Shown here one piece after another: positions 1-10,938 of a stretch of 42,563 bases of DNA (position 1 is the first letter of the stretch; each line of letters starts with the position of its first letter). Source of the DNA: Chiloscyllium plagiosum (taxonomy: Eukaryota). The stretch is from positions 24,128,605 to 24,171,167 of the forward strand of contig NC_057718.1 in assembly GCF_004010195.1 (NCBI RefSeq), read 5' to 3'. The position numbers and the translations under genes were made by a program. The notes beneath the pieces were generated by a model, which was given only the letters and a program-made list of their open reading frames with translations, made no database searches and was not told where the DNA came from.

Positions 1-597
1 TTTTGGACAATTGGCCAGAAAGAGCACCAACTGCCATTGAAAGATTACTATACACTTTCTGTCAAAGGTACATTTTTCATGTGAAACATCTTTTATAACA
101 GAAGACAAGATGATCCAAGAAGATTGACACTGGAGATGACAGCCGCTGTCTGGATTTTGAAAATTAAGTTGCTGTAAATAGGGTCTTTGGATCAGTATAT
201 TATTATTGAGTGGGAGATGGATAACAAATCTATAAGAGAAAGGAAGCTTAGTTGTAAATGTTCACTTTTTGCATTAAAGAATGAAATTAATTTTTTTTGT
301 TAAATAGTGGAATTTGGGTGGTTTTCCTTTTGGTTCATATTGACAGTTAAATCTCTGGACATAAAACACCATTCCGAATGGTTTCTTACTAGTGGTCATA
401 AAATTTGCAATATATTTCAAAAGTTAGTCACTACAGGATTTTGTATATAGGACATTAAATGCAATTTTAATTTATTATTGCAGATTTCTTCACATTTTAT
501 CCTTTGTTGTTAGGAAGCCTTCAGCTACAAACTTTTAGTTTTGAGATGGTAAACTGTTCCAAGATTTAGCAATTTTGTTCACCCATCGGTCTATCTT

Positions 598-775
598 AAA
601 ATAGAAACAGAAAATACTGGAGAAACTCTACACATCTGGAGATGTGGGGAAGGAAATACAGTTGATGTTTCAAGTCTGACTGTGTCGATATGGTCACTGA
701 TTCTGCCAAACCTGCTGAGTTTCTCCTCTATTTTTGATTTCTGTTTCAGATTTTTAGTATATGCAGTATTTTGCT
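598..775. mobile_element. Old Penelope-like pLTR-derived imperfect palindrome
   Basis: Left arm gaaacagaaaatactggagaaactc (604-628) is imperfectly complementary to gagtttctcctctatttttgatttc (717-741). It is followed by a one-sided tail (agatttttagtatatgcag) resembling the tails of the young pLTRs in this window. Confidence 0.6.
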
Positions 776-1048
776 ATTATTGAAGTTATTTTTGGTTTGC
801 TATCAATTTTGCTGAAGATTTCTTTCAGTGAATAGTTTGCAGAGGTTCTGTGCAGAGACTGCCTTTGATCTTATGCAAGTGACACAGCAAAGTGAGACAC
901 TGACAGAGGAGAAATGCTCAACTCCAAGATTGTTGAACTATTAGTGAAATTCTTTTTGTAAAAAAAAAGATCACTCATCAATTTTTTGAAACTTTTCTGC
1001 AAGGCACTTTTAGGAGAGGAAATGGAAATCTTTACATGTGCAGAGGAC

Positions 1049-1227
1049 CACTGTCTCAAACTCCCAGAACTCCCTTCCTAACTACAGTGTGGCTGTCTCT
1101 TCACCCCAAAGACTGCAGCAGTTCAAGAACGTGTCTCATCGTTGCCACCTGCAGGGCAGTTAGACTTGGGTGATAAATATTGGCCGAGCCAGCAGCACCC
1201 ACATCTTAACAAACTTCAGAAAAAAAC
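1049..1227 (+). mobile_element. 3' end of an old LINE (second CR1/L2-group family)
   Basis: gactgcagcagttcaagaa resembles gactgcagcatttcaaata at ~19085. The following gggcagttag...aaatattggcc...cacatc plus A-rich end resembles the tails at 6427-6490 and 31328-31390. Confidence 0.55.
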
Positions 1228-2664
1228 TCTGATCTTTTTCTTTCCTGCTTGCTTGTTGAACAGTCTGGGAATTTTATCCCACAATTTGTCAGCTTTTACG
1301 CGGGCTTTCCCCTTTCTGTGCTTGGACCACGTGGATCACTTTTTGTTTCTTGTTAACGTTGTCCTCATTATCAGATGCTACCCACACTTCTGAGTTTGTG
1401 GTTGGGATAGCTTTGTATATTACTAATAGCACTGTGGTGTCTCTGGACTTCAGTTCTGGCACTGTTTATCACGTTGCCTTGGTTTGATAGGTTCGATCGC
1501 TGCTGCTGCCATGTTTCAGTATGAGGTCAGCACCTTCCTCCTGAGTGAGCTTCAGAAGCTTTATCAAGTCTAATTATGTCAGAGAATGGCCATCTCTCTG
1601 GAACCTTACAGACTCTTGGTCACAAATGACTGCTTGTTGTACCAATGTTCAGTTACTTTTCCAATAGCCAAGGTGTAATTCACGTCCTTATTCCACATAA
1701 AGGTTTTGTTAGCCTAGGTCTCTTTTATTTGTCATAACCTTTTACGAAATCAGTTTTAAGTTTCCCTTTAAAATCAAAATTTCCTCTTGGAAGCTCCTTT
1801 CAGGGAGTTTGTAAACACAGATATGTCATTAACTTTTGGAAACCTGTTTAGCTCCAAGTCCCAAAAATCAGGGACGTGGTATTTGTACCTGTCTCTGAAA
1901 TGCTTTTAAAGCAGCCAACAAATGTTTAGAGATGAGGGTATCCTGCTATAAATATTGCCTATAAAGTGTTTGAGGAAAAGGAATTAAGTTAACACAATGT
2001 GCTAACAGAGATTTGATGAAAGATTCTGCTGAAATATAAGTTGACTTGCACTCTTTCAAATAGCTAATCTGTGTTGCAAATATGCTTTTAATGCTTTTTT
2101 AAAATGTAAATAAGTCAAATGCAAGTGCGTTTAGTCCATGGTGTTATGTATTTGTGTGGTGTTCTGCTCTCATTCTAAGTGGAGCGATCTAGCTGGCCAA
2201 AAGGATTTTTTTTTAATCAGGTTAGATACCTGCTGCTGATTTAAGTTTTAACTCCTTCGAGGAGCGCACAACTTGTGAGGGCAGACTGTTGGGGGTGAGG
2301 GGTGTGTGGAAGGCATAATGTTTGCGCAGTCAGGTGGGCTCTATTGCCTTCCAGCTGGAGGTCGATGTGCAACGAGGATAATAAACTGCTGTGTCACTTC
2401 TCTCATTTTTCCCTGCGGATGTCAGCTGCTCCAGTGTGAATGCAGCATGCCCACTTTGTGAATGCAACAAAGAACCTTTCACAATGTGCACATAAACCTT
2501 TTGCAACGCTACCAAATGGAACTGAGCACAGTATCTGTGGCAAAATAGATCTGCTATTTACAATAAATACAGAGAAATGGTTTCCAGTGGCTATGGGGTT
2601 GATAACCAAAGGGCTCAGATTAAAGGTGATTCTCCGAATCCAAAGCAATATTTTTATGATCTAA

Positions 2665-2860
2665 TGCCAGGTTAGAATTTGGAATGGATGGCCTGATAAG
2701 GTCCAAAACCAGTTGCAGTCTTCAAAAGGAAATTGGGTGAATTACTGTAAAAGTATTGGGAGGAGAAAATGCAGGCAATGGGTCTAATCAAATTATTCTT
2801 TGATTCTGTTTTGGTTCCAGGAGCAGAATGGCTTCCTCCTATGTTTGATTGCTGTATGAT
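2665..2860 (+). mobile_element. Highly decayed CR1-type LINE 3' fragment
   Basis: Motifs tggaatgga, ttcaaaaggaaattgggtga and gaatggcttcctcct...ctgtatgat follow the order typical of CR1 3' ends and resemble 19850-20040. Confidence 0.4.
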
Positions 2861-4002
2861 GCAGGAGTTCTTTGCAGTTAATAGCAAGCAAACTGAATCT
2901 CTGCGTCATGCGATAGATGTTATTTTTGAAAATTATTCCCTGTAACATTGTATTTAAAAAAGACATTTTGTTCCTTGACTGTTCAAAACAATCACTTGCA
3001 GTTGTTTTCTGTTTTGTTTAACAACTGGCAGGCAGAAGTGGAAGTAGAACACGTCTGTTTCTGATCCGTTCTGTCCATCTGTGCTATCTCATCAACATCC
3101 TTCTTGCCTTTGTCCATTCCTGCTTTACATTTGCGTCAATGTCGACACCTTCCACTCTCAGTAAGGGAAGTCAACTTCCCTGTAAAACAATAATGGGTGG
3201 GCACATGGGGCTACCGGCTCTCTCAGTATTGACACAAGCTGTTTATTTGAATATGCCTTGTAACAAAAGGTTACCAAGTTATTTTTTTCTCTTTACTGCT
3301 TTTCTGAAATCCTGTGACACTGGGCAGGTTCATTCACAGCTGCATGCTCTCAGTGAAGTGCGATGTTTTCAGCAGCCTTCCCAGTAGTTTTAATAGAGTT
3401 ATTGTGGACAATTTCAGTGAGTGAAAGTTTGGTGGGGAAAAAAAATGGAAACTGTGGGATACCATTAATTTTCCATTATAATTGTACATGTGCAGCAGGT
3501 GTGTGATAAGGAAGGGACGAGTCATTTATATTTCTGTCTGTCACCAATGAATGAATTGCACATGATCTTGAAATATTATTTGGGAATGGGGAGGGAATAA
3601 AAGCATCTAGTTTAACTCCTCAGTGCAGATTAAGTATTTAATTAATGTCTTCCGCCTCAAGATGGCGGTGTTCTTTTTGTTTTGAAAACTGGATTTGGCA
3701 AGGCACAGCTATTTTGGCATTAAGATGTTGCGTAATCTTGGCATCTTTGCAGGTAGTGTACCTTTTTAAAATCATTGAGCTGATTCATTTTGATAAGCTA
3801 ATCATCCAGCATTTAAAAGGAAACTGGCAGATGGTACTGTTCTGAGACAAGAATGGAAAATGTTGGCAATTGTTGGCAACTTCTATGGAGAGAGAATGTT
3901 TGTTTATTTTGGGTGTGGATCCCAGAGGAAAATGGGCTAAGAAGTCACATCTGCCACCACAACTTTATCTCTCTTGCTCCCTCACTTGTTCTTTTTTGTG
4001 AG

Positions 4003-4014
4003 TCTTTCTTTCTT

Positions 4015-4052
<38 letters not shown>
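4003..4052. repeat. Compound microsatellite (TCTT)n(TC)n
   Basis: Directly visible tctttctttctttctttc followed by ~16 TC units. Confidence 0.97.
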
Positions 4053-4056
<4 letters not shown>

Positions 4057-5840
4057 CTTTCTTCTCTTCTACACCATCCCACTCCCCATGTTTGACAAGC
4101 TGCTATTGTACAGCATTTTATATCCCTGTTTAGCTCAATATTCTTAAAACTGCTTTGAATTTGTCTGGTCCTAATCCAATTGTGGTTTTTTTTTCCCTCA
4201 AGATGCACTGGGTGTTTTTTTGTTTTGCTTTCATTTTAACATTTTAGAATTTTTGGGCAGTTTTATCTGAAGGTGAAATTTTGAATTTTATGTTTGAAAA
4301 GAAGATTAGAAAGGAGAAAAGCAGATTGGGTTTCCCATTGCAAAATCAAATTGGTAGCTGAACTTGGACTTGACGACGTGTTTTAAAATTAAAATTTAAA
4401 ACCCTCTTTGCAGGTAGGTTAAGCATGTATCTGTTTCTAGCACTGGCTGTTCAAATTCAATCTCGCTCTGACCTCAGGACGTGGTTACATAAGGACCCTG
4501 TGAAAATTGTGTCAAATTTGGAATAATCATATCTTGCATTTGTACAAGAAATGTATAAAAATGAGCCAGAGTGCCTCAAATGTAAATTAAATTGGACTGT
4601 AATTCCCAGGGAGAGTGGGAGGACTGATCACCAGTTTAGTTAGCCATGAATCTTATCGGAGAATATAAAGGAAGAGAGATCAGTTTCTACGGAGTTCCAG
4701 TGGTTCAGGTACACCATTATAATAAAATTGTTTGTCCTCAGTAAATTCTTTAAGACCATGCTCCTGCTATAACCAATCCGCTGTACTGTGGTGTAGAATC
4801 ATGGGTGTCCTTGCTCTTCTAATTCTAAAATCTTGTTAGATTTACCATCTGTGTGCATGCCAACAAATAGCCTTTCAACTCTGGCCAAATTTCAGTATAG
4901 CCCTGATGAAATTTACTGGTTGCCTCTAGAGGTTCTGGCGCGTGTTGGAATCATTCAGATTGGTTCAAGGGTGGGACTGGACAGCACTAGGACCGCAGTC
5001 AACTTCACTGTCTTGCATGAGCAATCCTTTTGTTTCAAAGCTCGTACTAGTTTGCTGAAGCTAATCTGTTGGCCTTGTGGAAGGTGGGAGTATGAAGAGA
5101 CTTTGTCCACTTTTGAGTTAGTACAACTTTTATTTTTCTTTTGTAAACATGGAGCTAACTTGAACTTAAGACCAGCTTAGCTAGTAGCTCAGAGACTGTC
5201 TGTTCTGTTGAATGTCTTTTGGTCTTGAATCTTTTGGTTGGTCATGAGCAGACTGAGGTAAGGGAGTCCAGAAATTACAGTTAAGTTCTTAAGAGGCCAG
5301 ACCTGTTACTGTCACATGACGACACTTTCTGGATGAATCCATCTCAATTTGACATTTAGTTTCTATACGTAGTACAATGTGACTCCAAGCATCTCCAAAT
5401 ATAACCCCAAGGTAGGCTTCTATGCCCCTTTTCAAAACATGGTTCACTGAATAAGATATATCATGGATTTTTAGCATCCTTTGCAGACATATTATATTTT
5501 GATAGCACTTGTTACCAACCCTTGCTAGGGAGTTGCATTGTTTTTCTTCCGTGTTTGTTGACTATATTGTCCTGACAACACACGGATAAGATTCCAAGAG
5601 AATGATGCCCATGTTCTGTCCCAGTAACTGTTGTCTGGAGCTGTCCAGATGTGGTGTTAACTTACATCATGTGATCAGTGGTGGCCATGTTTTAGCCTAG
5701 CTAAGTCCATTTAAAATTAAACAAAGGTTTCTTTTTTTTAAAAAAGGCATTTTGGTATCTTTCAGACATGGGGACAAAATAGGTTCCAGTTTATTGATTT
5801 GTGTCTAACCAGTGTACAATCCATTTCCTTTCAAAATCTG

Positions 5841-6280
5841 AAGATTTACCAGGATGGTGCCTGTTCTGGAGAGTTTTAGGTATGAGTAGAAGTTGGATAA
5901 ACTCAGCTTGTTTTCACTGGAAAGATAAAGGCTGAGGGGTGACCTGACAGAAGTCGACAAAATTGAGAGGCATAGATCGGCTGGACAGTCAGTGGCTTTT
6001 TCCCAGGATGAAAAGGTCAACTGGAAGAGGGCACAGAATCTAGGCGAGAGGGGAAATGTTTTTCTGAGGGTGGTGGGTTCCTGGGATGCTCTGCTAGAGG
6101 ACATGGTGAAAGCAGGCATGCTAGCAGTGTTTTAAGCTGTATATTGATAGACATGTGAACATGAGACGAACAGAGGGTTAGATACCACTTGTTTTAAAAT
6201 AGTAGCGGGCCTAAACCAGGATTAGGAATCAATGACAGCTTCGTGGGCTGAAGGGCCTTTTGCTGTGCTGTATTGTGATT
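5841..6280 (+). mobile_element. CR1/HER1-type LINE 3' fragment
   Basis: agatttaccaggatggtgcc (RFTRMVP) and aggctgaggggtgacctgacagaagtc (RLRGDLTEV), ending in gggctgaagggccttttgctgtgctgta, the tail shared with HE1 SINEs. Confidence 0.85.
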
Positions 6281-6500
6281 GAAAACCCATTTGGTTCATG
6301 TAATGACCTTTTTTAGGAAAGGAAATCTGCCATCCTACCTGGTCTGGCCTATACATGACTCCAAAGCTGTGCTGCTTGAGATGAATTGAACTGTCCTCAG
6401 TGGATGGGCAAGCCATTTAGCTCAAAGGCAGTTGAGAGATGGTTGGCAAATGTTGAACTTGCCACCAGTACTTCCATCCCATGAAAAAATTATTTTAAAA
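6281..6500 (+). mobile_element. 3' half of an old SINE (same family as 31010-31390)
   Basis: Collinear with 31165-31385: cccatYtggttca, aaggaaatct, ctggccta, gcaagccatt, ggcagtt..agatgg, catcccatgaaa. Confidence 0.65.
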
Positions 6501-7100
6501 AGTCAGTGCACTGTCTGGATCCAGCAAGGAAAGAAATCGTGTGATTCCAATTCCTTCCCTGATTCATAAATTGGAGCATTGTCTTGGGTAGTCACTCAAG
6601 ATCATGGAGGAATTTCTTCCACACCTGGTGTTGTGGGTCCCGAGGTGACTAAATAAATTGTCCAGTGCTGGATCCGTGCCCCCATTCTCAGGTGGTGGTT
6701 GCTGATTGGGATTTTTGCAAATTCCTTCCACGGTTAGGTTCAGCTGGAGGACAAAAACCATCAGAGACTGACTGACAGAATTATTGACAGATGATTTGCA
6801 AATTTAGACCGCGTTTGGCTCCAGATTCCCATAGGTGTGTGTGAGAACGGCACTTTTTCAGGAAGCTTTCAAAATATTGAAGTGGTTCCTCTGCCCTTCT
6901 GTTAACCCACTTGTTCAGAATAAAGGGCTTGTTTTGGACTATTGTGATTCATGGCAGGCCATTTGACAAATGCCTCAGGGAGCTTCCTCTCGCTAAGAAA
7001 AGACATTGACTATACAATTCAACATGATATGTACTGTTTCCATGCAGCATCTTGGCCAACTGAGGAATGCTGTTTGACAACAAGGACCTTGAGCCCAACA

Positions 7101-7241
7101 AGGAGAAAGTGAGGTCTGCAGATGCTGGAGATCAGAGCTGAAAATGTGTTGCTTGTAAAGCACAGCAGGTCAGGCAGCATCCAAGGAACAGGAGAATCGA
7201 CGTTTCGGGCATAAGCCCTTCATCAGGAAAGCCCTTCATCA
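7101..7241 (-). mobile_element. Young short Penelope-like pLTR insertion with 15-bp TSD
   Basis: accttgagcccaaca flanks both sides (7086-7100, 7242-7256). The body is nearly identical to 10568-10679 and homologous to the 3' ends of the GIY-YIG-bearing elements at 27290 and 32437. Confidence 0.9.
7195..7229 (-). ncRNA. Minimal hammerhead ribozyme core (PLE type)
   Basis: Minus strand reads CUGAUGA-A-GGGC-UUAU-GCCC-GAAAC-GUC. The core is intact, but helix I is only ~2 bp. Confidence 0.6.
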
Positions 7242-7349
7242 ACCTTGAGCCCAACACCAAGTCTGATTTGAAGCTCAAGTCAAAATTTAAATCTCAATTG
7301 GCTATCTTACTTGTAGCAAAGCTTTAAAGTAATTGACAGAAATACATTA

Positions 7350-9295
7350 AGATGTACATCACGTAAACAGACCCTTTGCTCCAACTCATCCATGCCGACC
7401 AGATATCCTAACCTAATCCTCCCATTTACCAGCATTTGGTCCATATCCCTCGAAACAACCCTTCCTATTCATATGCCCACCCAGATGCCTTTTAAATGCT
7501 ACAATTGTACCAGCCTCCACCACTTCTTCTGGCAACTCATTCCATACACATACCACCCTCTGAGTGAAAAAGTTGCCCCTTAAGTCCCTTTTATATCTTT
7601 CCCCTCTCCTCTTGCCCTCTAGTTCTGGAATCCCCCAGCCCAGGGAAAAGACCTTGTCTGTTTATTCTATCCATGCCACTCATGATTTTATAAATCTCTA
7701 TAAAGGCATCCTTCAGCCCCTTATTCTCCAGGGAGAATAGCCCCAGCTTCTCCCTGTAGAGAGGGATGGGATGGCACGGTGGCTCAGCGGTTAGCACCGC
7801 TGCCCTATAGCGCTGGAAACTCTGGTTTGATTCCAGCCTCAGGCAACTGTCTGTGTGGAGTTTGCACATTCTCCCAGTGTCTGCGTGTGTTTCCTCCCAC
7901 AGTCCAAAGATGTGCAGATTAGGTGAATTGGCCATGGTAAATTGCCCATAGTGTTCAGGAATGTATAGGCGTATTAGTCAGGGGTAAATGTAGAGTAATA
8001 GGATAGGGAAATGAGTTTGGGTGGGATACTCTTCGGAGGGTCGGTGTGGACTTGTTGGGTTGAAGGGTCTGTTCCCACACTGTAGGGATTCTGTGATTCT
8101 ATAGCGCAAATCCTCCAACTCTAGCAACATCCTTGTAAATCTTGCCTGAACCCTTACAAGTTTCACAACATCCTTCCGATAGGAAGGAGACTAGAATTGC
8201 ACGCAATATTCCAAAAGTGGCCGAACCAGTATCCTGTACAGCTGCAACATAACCTCCCAACTCCTAGGCTCAATGCTCTGACTCGTCGAGGAACCAAACA
8301 CCTGCTTCACTATCCTATATACCTATGACTCAACTTTCAAGGAACTATTAATCTGCACTCCAAGGTCTCTTCATTCAGCAACACTCCCTAGGACCTTACA
8401 CTTAATGCTATCGGTCCTGCTCTGATTTGCTTTTCCAAAATGCACCACCTCCTGTTCATCTAAATTAAGTTCCATCTGCCACTCCTAGGCCCATTGGCCC
8501 ATCTGATCAAGATCCCATTGTAATCCGAGGTAACCTTCTTCGCTGTCCATCTGCAAACTAACTATACCTACTTTGTTCACATCCAATACATTTATATAAA
8601 TGACAAAAAGTAGAGGACCCAGCACCGATCCTTATGGGACACCACTGGTCAAAGCCTCCAGTCTGAAAAGCAACTCTCCACCACCACCCTCTGTCTTCTA
8701 CCTTCGAGTCAGTTCTGTATCCAAATAGCTAGTTCTCCCTGTATTCCGCGAGATCTAACCTTGCTAATCAGTCTACCATGAGGAATCTTGTCGAACGCCT
8801 TACTGAAGTCCATGTAGATCACGTCTACTGCTCTGTCCTCATCAATCCTCTTTGTTACTTCTTCATAAAACCCAATCAAAAATTTGTGAGACATGATTTC
8901 CCATGCACAAAGGCATGCTAACTATCCCTGATCAGTCCTTGCCTTTCCAAATACATGTAAATCCTATCGCTCAGGATTCCCTCCAACAACTTGCCCACTA
9001 CTGATGTCAGGGTCACCGGTCTATAATTCCCTGGCTTTTCCTTACCACCTTTCTTAAATAGTGACAGCATGTTAACCAACCTCCCGTTTTCCAGCACTTC
9101 ATCTGTGACTATTGATGATACAAATATCTCAGCAAGGGGCCCAGCAATCACTTCCTTAGCTTCCCACAGAGTTCTAGGGTCTGGGAATTTATCCACTTTT
9201 ACGTGTTTGAAGACATCCAGTAGCCCCTTCTCTAATAATGACACTTTTCAAGATGTCACCATCTATTTCCCCACACTGTATATTTTCTATATCCT
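7350..9295 (-). mobile_element. 5'-truncated CR1/HER1 LINE (RT region to 3' end), disrupted, with nested SINE
   Basis: ORF 8918-9244 has LFKKGGKEKPGNYRPVTLTSVVGKLLE and ORF 8709-8894 has DVIYMDFSKAFDKIPHGRL, both classic CR1 RT motifs. The 3' part matches 14649-15124 and 24550-24794. Frameshifts and stops are present. Confidence 0.95.
7766..8100 (+). mobile_element. HE1-type tRNA-derived V-SINE inserted in the CR1 LINE
   Basis: A box TGGCTCAGCGG (7780-7790), B box GGTTTGATTCC (7824-7834), V core tgtgtggagtttgcacattctccc and HER1-like tail. The LINE resumes on both sides, with an imperfect ctgtag/ctatag duplication. Confidence 0.95.
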
Positions 9296-9989
9296 TCTCA
9301 AGTATAATATTTAATTATACTATTAGAGATAATTTCAAGTAAGGAAAGTTAAAATTGACATGCAAGTGACTGTTTTCTTTCTCACTGCTGACCAGAAAAA
9401 CATCTATTGAGATTGAGTTTTAACCATCTCAAAGCCTTTTTATAACATGACCAAAGCTGAGCAGTGTGTGTTTCTTAATCAGTTTTGCTTCTCACCTTGA
9501 GAAGGTAGGTGGGGTTACCCAGCACCTTATACTGAATGAAGCTCCCATAGTGGTATTTGGGTTTGATCTCTTACATTTTAATAACTTCAACAATTAAACC
9601 AATAAAACCAAATGCTCTTCAAGTATGCTAGATGATTTGCAGCAATATATTGTCTGCCAGGATGAAGGGCAAGTAGGGTACTTTGTCTCTGGTGAGATTT
9701 GAATATGCAGTCATTGGATTGCTAGCACAGGCCTCTCGGCTCCTTGTTGTCAGTTCAATGGTGAGAGAAAGCTAGCTGTACGATTTGCACTTTGCTTTGT
9801 AGCCAGAGTATGATTGCCTTGTAATATTGGTAAAACCTCTCTTTCAGTCTGTTTCTAATTACAGGTCCTGCTCCAAAGCAATGAAATATAAGAGTTATGC
9901 TCGTGTGGAGCATTTATAATATACTGACCTCCAGGGGTTTTGCAGAATAGCCATGTTGGACTCCAAGCATTAAACATTGCTGTACATCT

Positions 9990-10062
9990 CTGACTCTCTG
10001 ACTCTATTTCTCTGTACGTGCTGCTCGACCTGCTGAAGTTGTTCCAACACTTTGATTTTATC
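9990..10062 (+). mobile_element. Decayed Penelope-like pLTR remnant
   Basis: actctatttctctgtacgtgctgctcgacctgctga...tccaacacttt resembles 23835-23895. Confidence 0.45.
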
Positions 10063-10562
10063 CCACACTGACCAGTTAGTTTGCAGATCATGTTTCTATG
10101 CCTTGAACGGACGTTAATTCCCTGGTTGGAATGGACATGAGTCCATTTGTTAATTTGCCAAAGAACGTGCATTTTACAAGTAGAATGTGTTAGCAAGGGT
10201 TACTATTTAACTTTTGACCCTACTACCGTAGTCCTTTTGACTGCCAACTTAGGCTTTGGTGTTCCCACAGTCAAGTGTGTCTATTGTATGATTATTTTGA
10301 AGATTAAAGGAAGCTTTTAGTAAATTTTGACCATTGTGATAATGTTCTTTTTGTTGAATGGAATTCATTGAATGAATTTTGGTGTGGTTTTTTTTTAAAA
10401 AAAGAGAAGAAATTGGGGCAGATTTCAAGTGCACCCTTTCTCTGGAGTGGTAACAGAAAAGTATGTATAATTCTATGGACTTCTCATAATTCTAAGCTTC
10501 GTGCAGACCATCTGCATTTGAGCAGGCCATCATTGCTGAAGGATTGACTTATAGTAAGAATT

Positions 10563-10773
10563 CTTCGAGGAGAAAGTGAGGTCTGCAGATGCTGGAGATC
10601 GGAGCTGAAAATGTGTTGCTGGTAAAGCACAGCAGGTCAGGCAGCATCCAAGGAACAGGAGAATCGACGTTTCGGGCATCATTCCTGATGAAGGGCTTAT
10701 GCCCGAAACGTCGATTCTCCTGTTCCTTGGATGCTGCCTGACCTGCTGTGCTTTACCAGCAACACATTTTCAG
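10563..10773. mobile_element. Young palindromic Penelope-like pLTR insertion with 15-bp TSD
   Basis: TSD cttatagtaagaatt at 10548-10562 and 10774-10788. Perfect 77-bp inverted arms at 10603-10679 and 10699-10775, a 19-nt spacer, and a 35-nt extension on the left arm only. Confidence 0.93.
10681..10716 (+). ncRNA. Minimal hammerhead ribozyme core (PLE type)
   Basis: CUGAUGA 10685-10691, helix II GGGC/GCCC with UUAU loop, GAAA 10705-10708, cleavage triplet GUC 10710-10712. Helix I is weak (AUUC/GAUU). Confidence 0.6.
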
Positions 10774-10829
10774 CTTATAGTAAGAATTGGCCACAGATTA
10801 ATCAGGATTATGAGCTGTGAATGTACATT

Positions 10830-10938
10830 GTAATTGACCTATTCAGAGATGTTATTACACACGTAGGGAGCAGCTAGGGACCAGAGTGCAGACTTCCTGG
10901 TCCACAGGGAGGGGACACACCACTACAACACACAGGCC
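10830..10938 (-). mobile_element. Decayed tRNA-derived SINE head
   Basis: Minus strand tgtgttgtagtggtgtgtcccc...ggaagtctg...gtccc has A-box-like and tRNA-like spacing but is strongly diverged. Confidence 0.35.

Noticed and set aside
1..370. Possible LTR remnant at the window start
   Set aside because: The impression rests on composition only; there is no partner LTR, PBS, PPT or coding motif.
1289..1575. Minus-strand frame with few stops (...VASDNEDNVNKKQKVIHVVQAQKGESPRKS)
   Set aside because: It has internal stops, no start or convincing splice sites, and no recognisable family.
3945..4208. ORF with an RE dipeptide run
   Set aside because: Translation of the (TC)n microsatellite.
6560..6720. 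Possible RTE-type LINE 3' remnant
   Set aside because: Too degenerate to support from the sequence alone.
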